Notes: generated by a model from the sequence alone, not told the origin. Numbered from the whole stretch's first letter, positions 41,861-53,999 are shown. The stretch is DNA of 60,747 nucleotides, filler included, from Basidiobolus ranarum (GCA_040143965.1; 9 parts of 9 records of this genome joined end to end with filler, not necessarily neighbours in it), one strand, 5' to 3'. Numbers and translations: made by a program.

Positions 41861-43291
41861 ATAAAGCTCTACCCAGGTGATGAGACTGGCCTATTAAAAG
41901 GCAACCATAATTACATACTATGTATTGTTGAGTAGTTATCACATCTGCACCATCTCTATCGGAAAAGAAAGCAAAGAAAGTCAACGTTGCTTAGGAGGAG
42001 GAGATAAACCGAAAAAGTGACGCTAATCTTAAAGCTTCTGTCTCATTCTACGGTAAAGTGGATTGTAATTGTGAAGAGATTCAGCTATTAATTATGGCCA
42101 AAGTTGAAGATGAGAATCTTAAAATGATAAGTTACTTGGATATCCTACGAACGTGAAGATGTTCTTATATTTCAAACCACTTATTTCTGCCTTCTGAAAG
42201 ATCATTGTCGCTCGTAAAAATGGCAAAATTCGATGTATCTGACGGTTGTGTCGGAAAGGAATTTGTAGAAGAATTTCCTACTGTCACTAAGAAAGATCCT
42301 GCCTGCTTGCTGGTTTGCATTCTACAGCTGAGTATGTTTCCGAAGTATCACTTGTGGTGTATCAATGATATTTAACCTTTGGTTATCCACCGCACGTCAA
42401 TCACATGTACCAGTGATGGCAGTATTAGATAACATTCAATCTTAACAGACATTGTATCCATACCACTGGTACCTTCAATGTTAGAAATACTTCTAACTCT
42501 TTAATGTTCCTGTAGCTCAGCACTGAACGTTAGATGTGAGTAATGATATTTGTTGTATGAGGGTTCACCCTCAACAAAGCAACATCCTGGCTACTGGTGT
42601 CAAGGAGCGTGATTTAATTATTAAGGATATTAACCAAATTACCAGTACCCCCAATGGCGAAGTTGAGCCCATCTTCAAAGCCAAAAATGCTGGTCACTTA
42701 TATGTTTTAATCACCATGGATTTCAGGTGAGAAATGACTTCTTGGATTTACGCCCATTGGATCACATATTGAGTTTTTAAGTGACGATATCAATAAGGTC
42801 GTTGTCGAAACCAAATATCATCAAATCCGCCTTTATGATACCAAAGCAGCTCGTCGACCAGTTATGAGTGTAGAGATTGGCGAGCATCCTATTGTTTCTT
42901 TAGCTCTGGCGCCTAATCAAACGTAAGATTCTTTCAGCAATATAGAAATTGATTGATTCCTATCTGACTATTGATCGCCCTTTTTAGCGAGATAATCTGC
43001 TCCGATAGCATTGAAAACCTGTCAACTGCTGACATTCGCACTGGTAAGTGCACTGATGTTTTCTTCAAGTAAGCTCCTCCATACATACAAGAGGATTGTC
43101 AGTTCTGTTCAACACATAGCCATTAGCTCGATACTGACCCCTCATCCTGTGGACTCAAGCAAAGGCTCACCCATGTCGTGGTGGATGAGGAGGAGGACGT
43201 CGAGGCTACACCTGAAGAGGATGAAAATGAGATTTTGTGGAACAGTATGTGCAAGATCAATGAAGCCAAAACAACCAAGAAACACAAGTAA
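41861..43291 (+). pseudogene. NSA1: Disrupted ribosome biogenesis WD40 gene NSA1/WDR74
   Basis: (ATA)KLYPGDETGLLK, MRVHPQQSNILATGVKERDL, IFKAKN, RNDFLDLR, TKYHQIRLYDTKAARRPV..EIGEHPI and an acidic tail ending KKHK*. ATG is replaced by ATA, first donor is GC, and there are in-frame stops and frameshifts (e.g. after NDFLDLR). Confidence 0.8.
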
Positions 43292-43860
43292 AAGACCTCT
43301 TCGCAAAGAAGTGATGGAGCTACTATACATATACGATTTGGGGACAATTTCTGTTGATTATTAGAATTTTTTATATTATTTATATATATTTTGTTATTTT
43401 ATCTTAAGTTATTATTACTTGCGCTGCGTCACAACTGAATAAATACACAAGTCATGTTAACACACCATATTCATCGTTGCAGCCTTTAGGATTAGGTCTG
43501 CGGAAATCCCAGCTTACTGTTTGTTCCGAATATTCCGTTGCATTTATCGTCTTTGGTCAGAAATCAGCCGATATGTACATAGTTTTCGATAATTTCTCAT
43601 TGCCCATTAGAATTAATGGCAGGTCACAATTTAAGCATGTTATGTAGCGCTATCAATCCTAGCTATGCTATGACAGAATGGTGTGTCCTCACTAGAATCC
43701 AAATCAGATAAAGCTGCGAAAATTGCGCTAACCTATCCAAATCCAGTCGAATCTCGAGGCTGCGGCGAGCTTCAGTATATCGTTCACAGCGTTACAGAAA
43801 GTAGAACAGTACGGCTTCGACCGAAACTATTTCTTGTTACCTAACCAAAAGTCAAACGTC

Positions 43861-46715
43861 ATGTCTAACGGTGATAAGGGAAAAGCCAAGTCACTTGGGT
43901 AATGGATTGGAATTCCACTTTTCAATTTTTCTGAACTAACCTCACCAATTCAAATCCTCTTAGCTTAGACGTCAATATGTTCCCACAAGAGCTTCTTATG
44001 TACGTGTTCTCCTTTTTGGATCCGAACGGTTTGGTGAGTAGTATCGCATAATTCGCTTGCACCCCTCTGAACATTTACTTATTCTCGATCAATCTTAGAC
44101 GAACTGTTCAAAAGTATGTAAGTACTGGAGAACTGTCTTGAATGATGACTTAGCATGGAAATCAGCTTTCCTTAGAAGCTTTGGCTGTCTTCCTTACGAG
44201 TAAGTTTCTTTCAGTTGTAGATTTCCTTGATTGTTAGATCTAAACTTTATTTTTCAAGACGGTTGAGTCAGGATAGTTGGAAGTTGGAGTATATCAAACG
44301 AATGAAGTTAATCAGGTTGGGAGCTCTTTTACATTTTCTTCATTCAAACCACAACATTCTAAAGTTGTCGAGTACCTTAGGACTTTTGAGTTCGGAAGAT
44401 CCAAGAATATTCAATTTGATGCCAGACTTGGTGTAATCGATCGATTGTATATAGACTCCGAAGCAGGTTTCGGGCTAGCAGGATCTTTAGACAAAGGTGG
44501 GTGTTTTAAAACAAGACTTAAAGCGATACACCTCACTAAGTAATACATCTACATAGGAATGGTTGTGAGATGTGATCATGTTAGAGGTAAAATTGATAAA
44601 GGACGCATCTTTAGCAACGATAACCTCGCTACTATCAGAATCTCATCGCTGAAATTGGACAGGTATATTTTGTTAAGCATTTCCCGATTATATTTTTTGG
44701 ATGAGCTAACTCTCTTTCTGTCAGTAATCGAATAATTTGGGGGTTTATGTCAGGACATGTGGCAGTCACTACACTGACCAAGGGAGCCACTAGTCGTCGC
44801 TTGAAAACGATGAGAACCTTCCATAATGGGCCTGTCACTTGCTTACAACGAGACCCTCTCACTCCAAACATCGTCTTGAGTGGTAGTGAAGATCGTCAAG
44901 TAATGATGTGGGATTGTGACGCAGGAGAGTGCATTCAAGTTTTCACTGGTAAATCATCTCTTCGAATTGCTGATCGCCCATTCTATAACATGCTCATTGA
45001 TCATACGTTTGTGTTTAAGGTGCCGATGATGCTTTGGTGGATTTGGTCTTTCACCCGAAACATTTAATTATCGCTACTACTGCTGGTGGTAACATTCTAA
45101 TTTGGAGTATACAAGAAATGGGAGAAACGGCCACTTCATCTGCCCCCATATATCCCACACACCAGTTCTCCTTTGGTGCGCCAGTTTCTAAACTTCATTA
45201 TGACGCGATTACTTTCACGTTTCTAGTGACTGGCGCGTCAAAAGAGTTTAAGAAATACTCTGCCAAGGATGGACAATGCTTGTCTATTTATAAAGAAGGC
45301 CACATAGGAAACATTACATGTGTGACTTGGGCTGATGGTGAGAGTGGTAAAGGTCGCGGTATGATAGCAACCGGAGATGAATACGGGGCCGTCTGTCTAT
45401 GGCCAGGCGAGAGTCTTCCTGAAGACAGAGATGTAGAGGTGAAGCCCATTCGAATTCTAGCTGATCACGTCGAGTCCGTTACCAATCTACATATTGATTC
45501 ATTCAAAGTTGTGACATCTGGGTAAGTGTAGCGGTTATCGCATGTAACAGTAGGGAAAATGATGCTAACGACATTAACCCTTAGCTTGGATGGTTACGTT
45601 AAAATCTGGGAACCATTGTCAGGCCGCCTCGTTCGCAATCTCAGTTGCAGGTAATTAGCAATCTTGGCATTCACTTTTCTTATCGAAGTCTAAATTTTTA
45701 CTCTCAGGTATTCCAGAGCGGCAATTCGAAGTGCCCAACAGTACGAAACGGGACGCCGTCCAGTGCGCTGTTTTTACGCATCCAAATATGACATCATTAT
45801 ATCTTTTGAAGGACAAATTAAATCATGGAACTACTCGCCAGACCACAAATCTTCATGTAAGTGCATTTTTAAGTGACTAGAAGTTTATCTTGGCATTGTG
45901 ATAACAGTAGTATGTTCAATCCCTAGCTCATTCGCGTAAACACAAGAAGAAGAAACCAGGATTTTTCCAATCTCCTCGCTTTCAGAGTAATAATTTCAGT
46001 AATGATATGTATCGATTTCAAAGCATTGCATCTAACCTCCCATATCATCCTTGTAGTGAAAATGGAAATGAAAGCACAGATCGAGGAATCAAAAGATATA
46101 ATCAAATCTGAACGTGCCAAGGTTCGTCATCAAGCTGCCATACGTAAAGAGTTTACGCCAATTCCTGGGTTGTCAGAAGAAGAGCTCATGAATTACGCCA
46201 TGATGCTTTCTCTAGAAAATGAACCCAATTCCAATATCAACCCAACGGAGCTATCAGAAGAAGATCAGATTAGATATGCCATGCACCTCTCAGAGCACGA
46301 TGATAAACTCCCTCAACAAGAGAGTCATGTTACAGAGGAAAAAAAGGATGAATTGCCTAGGCTCTCTGAATCCGAACTTGAAGCAATGAGCGAGGAGGAC
46401 CAGATGCGGTATTTTATGGAGATTTCGCGGAACTCACAAGGCAGCATTGAAGACCCAGACGACAGTGAGGATAGCTACGAAAGCGAAGTGGATGAACAGA
46501 CATTTAGAAGACTCGACGAAAAGGAATTCTATGAACTAGATGAAGAAGAGCAAATGATGTATCTGGCGGATTTAGATCACTACGAAAGCCATGCGGCATC
46601 TGCTCTGTCACCAGAATCGGAGTCCCATGTTGTAGATGGACTCACTGAAGAGGAAATGATCCGCTACGCATTGTTCATGTCCAACGAAGAATCTCATAAC
46701 GAGAAGTCAAGTTAA
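43861..46715 (+). CDS. F-box/WD40 protein with C-terminal UIM array (Pof10/Ufo1-like architecture), multi-exon
   Basis: F-box FPQELLMYVFSFL...SKVCKYWR..W, SWKLEYIKR. WD repeats (HNGPVTCL..SGSEDRQVMMWD; GHIGNITCV..TGDEYGAVCLW; DHVESVTNL..TSGLDGYVKIWE). UIMs SEEELMNYAMMLSLE, SEEDQIRYAMHLSE, SEEDQMRYFMEISR, TEEEMIRYALFMS. Confidence 0.88.
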
Positions 46716-47248
46716 ACCAGTTAGCAGAAAGTGCAAAATGGCATTGCACCCTATTCATTGGGATTACCATTCAACTGAGGGACAAACCTATCTTCCGAGC
46801 CATACAATCTTCTCAATCCCCTCATATTTTTGTTCAATGTTTTCTGATCTAATGCGTTCGTTTTGATGGCAACTCGAAGAACGTTGCGTATACATCCGAT
46901 TCATGCATTTCAGCTTTATCAATAATCCGCAATTCTTCAGCCTGCCGTCAAACGGGCGAATAGCTGTAGTCACTTGACCGTTTGATGCGACTGAGCCTGT
47001 TTCGAACCCAATGTATTTCCAGGACTTTGTTCTAAAGATTCACCAAACACCGCCCCCTTCAAACGATCCGGTTTTTGATTTTATTTACTTCAGTGTAAAA
47101 CCAGAAAATAGCATAAATAAAATGATCCCTCCTAACAGCCACCGAGCCCTTCAACACCCTCCAATGTCATCAACGTGACCGAATCGAATCATGGGATCAA
47201 TGTAGTGTTGTGTATTTGTATACCCATGCCCCATGAGCCTGTCCATCT

Positions 47249-47348
47249 NNNNNNNNNNNNNNNNNNNNNNNNNNNNNNNNNNNNNNNNNNNNTTAATTAA
47301 TTAANNNNNNNNNNNNNNNNNNNNNNNNNNNNNNNNNNNNNNNNNNNN
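47249..47348. other. Artificial contig spacer
   Basis: N44-TTAATTAATTAA-N44. Confidence 0.99.
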
Positions 47349-47668
47349 ACACCTACCTGTCAGTACTTCCTTTGAGCTGGTCAAGTCCTTTCAAGTCACA
47401 CAGTAGCCTGTAACTGCCTCTAGTAGTCTCTCTTGAGCTTCCTCTTCAAAGGTCTTGTAAGTGGTGATGGAAATAAGGGGTGATCACAAGTAGTAATTGT
47501 TAGCTGAAAACCAAGATGATTTTCATTTGAAAAGATATGGCTCCTGTTTATACTTTTCTGAAGGAAGAAATGATTATGAATAAGGATCTGTCAAAAGTTC
47601 CAGAGAATTCTATTGGTGGGGATCTGGGGTTATGATATCACCATAAATCGTAAGATTAGTAATCCATG

Positions 47669-47813
47669 GAATGTTCCAGAAGGTTATAGAATAATCCAGA
47701 AAGTCAAGGAATGTTCTGGCAAAATCAGGTTTTGAGCAATCAAAACTCAATCAATCCACAAATATTCCAAGAATCATGTGGAATGTTCTGGAAGATTGTA
47801 GAATTTTCCAGAA
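47669..47813. promoter_or_regulatory. Two heat-shock-element-like nGAAn arrays, probably within a TE promoter/LTR
   Basis: GAAtgTTCcaGAAggTTAtaGAAtaATCcaGAA (47669-47701) and GAAtgTTCtgGAAgaTTGtaGAAttTTCcaGAA (47781-47813). Minus-strand TATAAA near 47550. Confidence 0.55.
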
Positions 47814-47997
47814 AATAATTGAGTTAATGTGGGTTAATACTGATAAATCTGAAATAATAGGGGATAATATTAATGGTGCAATATGATTGGCTAGAAAATA
47901 TGAGTAAGTCAAATATGGATAATAAAAAAGAAATTGTGCAATAGTAATGATATGAGCTTGGAGTAGAAATAAGTCAACCTGCCAGTGGGTAGCAATG

Positions 47998-48432
47998 CTG
48001 CCCCACTACAATGGTAGCCAGTCAAAAGAGATGAAGCTTCTACCATGGTTGAAGAGGCAAGAGCTGCCAAATGTGAACCACAAGGTAGATGACTTACTCC
48101 AACACATACTGCCATGCAACCATAGCAACAGCCAGTTGAAAGAGATGAAGCTTCCACTGTGGTTGAAGAAGCAAAAACCACCAAACACAAACCACAAGGT
48201 AGACAACTAGCTCCAAGACATACTGCCATGCAACCATGGACATGGCCAGTCAAAAGAGATGAAGCTTCTACAATGGTTGAAGAGGAAAAAACTGCCAAAC
48301 ATGAACCTCAAGGTAGACAACTTGCTCCAACACATACAGCCATGCAAACATGACCACAGCCAGTTGAAAGAGATGAAGCTTCTGCCATGGCTGAAGAAAC
48401 AATAACTGTTGAGCATAAACCTCAAGTGAGAC
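47998..48432 (+). repeat. 114-bp tandem repeat, about 4 copies (38-codon decayed peptide repeat)
   Basis: GAGATGAAGCTTC recurs at 48028, 48142, 48256 and 48370. One frame reads PV(K/E)RDEAST(M/V)VEE...(E/K)PQGRQLAPTHTAMQP with in-frame stops. Confidence 0.92.
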
Positions 48433-49093
48433 ATTCTGGGTTGACATGTAGAGCTGGGCACCAGCAGCAATGGCTGGTTGACCCATTAACTGAAGGCTCC
48501 ACATCTGAAGAGACTATAGATACAAACATATTGCAAACTAGACCAGACAAGCCAATGCATACTACTATGCATTGACCTCAAGCCACAACTCATGCTGGCC
48601 AAGATACAGGAACTTCAGCAGGATCAAACTGACCAACTCAGCACAGAGGTTAAAGCAAAGCTCCTTCTGTGGCAATATCAAGGAGACAACAAAAATAACA
48701 GAAGCAAATCAATGTGTACAGCTTCAAACCTGGGCAACTGCTGAACACTCATATTGATACTTACATTATGCTATCTTTACTATTTAGCACATCATGCAAA
48801 ATGGATATGGATTGCAGCTGAATATATTATAAATTGCTTTAGTTGGATGGTGATTGATTATGTCTTTGTGAAAGACTGATAGTGTGAAATTGTCATATAT
48901 CAAAAAATCAATGATAGCCTATTAATACAAGCAATTTCACTACAATTAAATGAAAAATGTCTGTCAATAAAAAGCTTGTGCATCCATATTGGCTTGATAT
49001 AGCTCAATCTGTTCACATTCTCACCTAATTAAAGCTTACATAATTGAATGAATAATTTGCTGATCTAAAATGATGAGTCAAGTGATCCTGATC

Positions 49094-50043
49094 ATTACTA
49101 TCATACTGCAGATTGATCCATCAGCAAGTGCTGTGATTTGTCACCAGTATGCCAAAACTACTGGAGTCACATAATGCAGAAGCCATTGGGCCAAATTGAA
49201 AATCAGGATATTGTGTTAGTAAGGCACATATAATAGGCCTAAAAACATGCAAATGTCTGGGTTATACATTTGGCAAGTCACAAACTAGGGGATGAACTAG
49301 CTTTGTCAGTTACCCAGAATCTCAATTTGGCATTACTAAATTGGGTAACATGGTACAGGCTTGCATGATATCTCCAAAAAGATCACCATGTCCAATTGTT
49401 GTGAGATAGTGCCATATTATTCCTTATAGTGTCCAATTGAGTGTTATAGGACCTAGCCATGGTAATTGACAGATTGTGTGAGATGGTGTGATAGTGGGCT
49501 AGATCAAGCAGCACAATCTGACTGGGTCCAATGGAGCAAGTCTATTACTATCATACTGCAGATCAATCCATCATTGAGTGTGGTGATTTGTCACTGGTGG
49601 GCCAAAACTACTGATGTTTAAAAATGCAGGAGCCATTTGGCCCAATTGAAAATCAGGATATTGTGTTAGTAAGGGACAAATGATTGGCCTAAAAATATGC
49701 AAATGTCTTGGTTATACATTTGATTGGGTAAGTTACAGTATAAATTGTTTATTGTTACATATTCCATAATTGGTAAGTTACAAACTAGGGGATGAACTTG
49801 CTTTGTCAGTTACTCAAAATCTTAATTTGGCAATACTCAATTGGGTAACTTGGTATTGGCTGGTCCAATATCTCCAAAAGAATTATCATGTCTGATAGTG
49901 GTGGGATAGTGCCATATTGTTCCTTATTGTGTCTAATCAAGTGTTAAAGGACCTGGCCATGGTAATTGACAGATTGCACCAGATGGTGTGATAGCAGGCT
50001 GGATTGGGTGGCATGATCTGACCTGGTCCAATGGAACAAGTCT
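49094..50043. repeat. Head-to-tail tandem duplication (450 bp + 500 bp)
   Basis: Both units start ATTACTATCATACTGCAGAT (49094, 49544) and end CCAATGGA(G/A)CAAGTCT. The second unit has an insertion of about 50 bp near 49722-49771. Confidence 0.92.
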
Positions 50044-50444
50044 TTTGCATTTAATAAGTGCATGGGTGAGTGGATTTTAAGGGAGACCTTATAGATTCTC
50101 TAGTCACTTGATATTTTCAACCATTATATCAGTTGATTAAAATCCAGATCTTCTCTTGTATGATTTATTCAAATTGAACTCTCCACTGTAGAGCTGAGTT
50201 GTTAATATTGGAATATTGTTAGACTTGTTCCATTTAATTGAGCCAGATCAGGCCATCTCAAAAGTGTGCCAGCACTTATTGGCATGATTGGGCACTATCC
50301 GGCATTATTTTTTTTACCTTTTCAGAAGCTGTAGTTTTACTTATATGGTATATTTAGAAAAAGTACTTTTAGACATTATTACAGATTCAAAAGATGATGA
50401 AAGCTTTATTCATTGTGTCTCTAGTCTAGAGCTCTCAATGGATA

Positions 50445-51348
50445 TCTTTGAGTATGAATGTATTGAGAATTAATCAAGATTTTGCCTACTTTGCCTAACT
50501 TTGATTGAGGCCCACAAAATGATTTTCCTCTATAATTTCCTGCTACAATGCTATATCTCTTTAGGAAGCCAAAGCTACATTCTACTCTTGCTCTAAAACT
50601 GGGAAAAAATGTTATTATAAAGCTTTTCCTTCTCTGTGAGTATCCCTCCAGTGCACCTCTTATTTGCAGTGATGCTTCCTAGCCTTCTGCATTCTACCCC
50701 AACATATGCCAAATCAGCCATATTCATCTCATATGTTACAAATGGTGCATGCCTCTCAACCCAAAGCCTTTTGTCATGGTGTCTCCCTGAATGTGGCCCA
50801 CTAAACCAAATGATGTTTCATTCCAAATCTGTCAAAGCCTGGAACTTCACACAGTGAGTTTTGTACTTGCCAGATTAGAATATCATTTGGTTGCTTTTGG
50901 GCCTGTTAATTCTCACAGGAAATGTGTTAAGAATTTTTCTGATATGAACTCTTTTAGGAAATACTCCAGGAAATGGAAGGAGATTAAAGTCTCTAAATTT
51001 TTTGTCCCAGGCATCTTCAACATCATTCATCACTGAAGCTAGATAATTCTCACTTACTTGAAGCCTGGTATGGAAGCTTCTCCCACTTTTACTACCATTA
51101 ATAGTGCACTAAAATCTGATTGGACAATAGTTTTTGTAGTAACAAAACAAATTGACTAGTGACTTTCCGGTGGGTATTGGAGTACATAAGCCACAGTATC
51201 TCTCAAACATAGCTTCCAGGGTGGTAATAGGAAAGCCAGTAGCAGCTTTTTGATTAATGAGGACCCTAACAGATATTTGAGGATTGTTATCATAGGAATA
51301 TTGTCACAATTTTTATCCATTTGGGATTGATTGTTCAACTATTGTCAT
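50445..51348 (-). pseudogene. Degenerate DDE transposase, PIF/Harbinger-ISL2EU/IS5 (DDE_Tnp_4) type
   Basis: Manual translation: IL(N)TFPVRINRPKSNQMIF*SGKYKTHCVKFQALTDLE*NIIWFSGPHSGRHHDKRLW...MADLAYVG...KRCTGGILTEKEKLYN...(frameshift)RARVECSFGFLKRY. These are the SGK..H..K, G..HD, AD..Y.G and R..VE..FG.LK motifs. Confidence 0.85.
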
Positions 51349-53999
51349 AAAATCATCAAGTTAGATATAATTTTAATCAATTTTTTCAATTCCCAGAGTG
51401 AAGCTTCAAGATCTTGCAAAATAGTTGTACATGATTGGCCACAATCTCAGAGAACTATGGATCAACACATGTGCAAAAAACATAACTCAAATTTTATACA
51501 ATTATCACTAGGACACTAATTTGTCACCTTCAAAATCCCTAGTTTCTTTGATATTTTCTCCTGAATATTTTTATAGAGTCCATCATACGCAAGGCTTAGC
51601 TCTTATCCAACACAAGTTTGTATCAATACCTCCATCAAAGCCCATGATCTTATTAATGTTGCTGAATCAACATTCTTCCTGCTATCTGGCAGATGCCCTG
51701 CAATATTATGCCACTCTGTATTAAGTTCTTCCCAGATTTCTGCACAGTCAACACCCAACTGAATGTCAAGTTAAATACTCTTCTTCAGAAGCCACTTTCT
51801 GCACATTTGCACTGTGTTTTTCCCTTCGTATTTTTGAAAATACTCCCCAAGCAGTGTGCCTATTTTTATACAGCCTTGTAATATAATACTACTGAGGGTG
51901 CTTTGCAGTGTTTGTGCAACTTTTTGCTTGCCTTTAACTTTGGGGCTAATTTCAACACTTTGAAAAGTACCAGTTGAAGTTGGAGAGCTGTGAGTCTTAT
52001 TGCTAGTGTTTTGGCTTGTTGAGAGGAGCCAGGTGCTGGACAAACTTCCAAGTTTAGCACTCTTCCAACTGGTGTACCAGGCTCCATAGTGAAATTAAGC
52101 TTTTTTGCCATTATATCTGACTCTGGGAATGCAGATCTTTGTAATGGTGTGAAGAATTTGGTAAGTGGGACAGTAGAGCCAAAACTCACTGGCTCCTTTG
52201 TTTTCCCTTTGTTTTACAAACTTCCTGCTCCTTGAATACTTGTTTAGCTTCTTTTCTTTTTTTTCCAAATCAATAACTGTGTACATTTTTGAGATGTTTT
52301 ACAAATTGGCCTATACCAGCCAAATTGCCATTTGCTTGCAAAAACCTAGGATAAGCCACATTAAATAAGTCAAGAACCTCCAGAGTAATGCATGGTTTTT
52401 GGTTTTTCCAACATTGGCTCAAATCCAGGTAATTTTGGGCAAAATTCTGCACAGTTTCCAAAATGTTAAACCACTCATCATCAGAGCAAGTGATGGCTGC
52501 TATGACATTCAGAGTCTTTTGGTTTGTGGTTTTTCTATGGGATTTCTACTTTGAAGTGCCCAAACAATTTTGGGTTGTGGTGTAGGCTTGATGGTCAAAT
52601 ACATATTCTGCTCTGCTAGATTGTAACAGTGACATTCACATGTATGTTGTGGGATTGATTGAAATCTGGTATGAGAATGGATGGAGGGAGCAGCATGTTG
52701 CTGTAGCTCAAGTAAAGCATCCTGAAGATCTTGTATCATTGTTGAGTGACTCTCTAACTGTTGACTAATTGCTTGCAAATGCTGCATTAATTGAAACATT
52801 ATGGCGTAATTACTTGTCATGTCCTGTATAGCAACTTTGTAGTTTATACTTATGATTGCATACAAATCATTATGATGTTCTGTCTGTGATTCCCTTGTTG
52901 TAATAATTCTATCCAAATTTTCTGCCAAGGGTTTTTTGAATAGTTGGCAAAGTTACCATTTAGGAAGTTGATGGTGTTTCAGTTGAACTTTGCTCAAGTA
53001 TTGATTTACTATGTAATTGGGTGATTACCATCTCTTCACTTGCACCATTGCTGAAAAGGAACACATCTGTAAATTGATTAATGATTCATCATAACTTGAG
53101 TTAGTGTTGGCATGTTAATGCCTTCCAAAGTGGATAGTGGATTGCAAGACTGCTCATCAATTAAGTCCTCTGTTATTGCTTTTTTTTTGCTTTTGTGCCA
53201 GCAGGCTTTGGCTTGGAAGCTGATTTTGATTTAGATTTTGAATGCTTTTTGAATGGCATTGATGATATTGATGGGCTATACCTAAAATACCACTCTTACA
53301 TAGGAAGTGTTCTTTTTTCCACAATATTCTAGTCATGCTGCAACACAAATGTTTAAAGAAGCCCTGCTATTAATATCACAAATTCTGGTGCTTTGAAAGC
53401 CCAAGGCTTCATAGAAAATATAATCACAAGCACAGTCACTATATAAAGCCACTAGCTGCACAAGGCCTGGTGAATATCAGTAGCAATAAGTGCTCAAAAT
53501 TAACCTTAGTTTTGCCCACTGAGTCCAACAACTGTACTTTGCCTCAAAGTTTTGGTAGCACTGCTGAAAGTCAAGATACCATGGAGTTACCATAGTTATA
53601 TGGCCAGAATGATGTCGGCAGAAATGCAACTTTGGTCCAAGCAGTAAGTGCAGACAACTTTGAGGACATGTAGCTAGATGTTGGCCTTGGTTATTCCGGT
53701 ACTGATGGTAGTATATCAGTAGTTGAAGAAGATGATGGTTTTGTTACACACTCTTTGTAACTGGCATGCATTAGTCCACTCATAACACTTACAGTAAAGG
53801 AAGCAGCTTTGATTATTGAGGAGTGGGGAGTTCAATCCAATCTTAGCAACCTGGTGTTTATTGGTTTTCTTACACTTTTAGCACAATTGATTTGCAACTG
53901 TTGCTTGCCACAGACCTGGTACAAGTGAAAAACACTTGTCAGTTGTATGACTTATAATCCTTCAGTAATTAAGCTACCTTCATGTCCAAATGGTTGTTT

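Larger units (their letters stand above)
47349..53999. mobile_element. CpG-depleted degenerate transposon region (whole contig)
   Basis: About 8 CG dinucleotides found by eye in 6651 nt. ORFs are broken by TGA/TAG/TAA, and the contig holds tandem repeats and a transposase relic. Confidence 0.8.

Noticed and set aside
46750-47248. Short ORF and G/C patches at the end of contig 7
   Set aside because: No recognisable protein or RNA motif; truncated by the gap.
47998-48432. CRISPR-like appearance of the 114-bp repeat
   Set aside because: The whole unit is repeated with no unique spacers, there are no cas genes, and the context is eukaryotic.
50445-51900. In-frame TGA codons as selenocysteine or an alternative genetic code
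   Set aside because: TAA/TAG stops and frameshifts co-occur, and the TGAs fit CGA->TGA decay. Intact genes in the window use TGA as stop.
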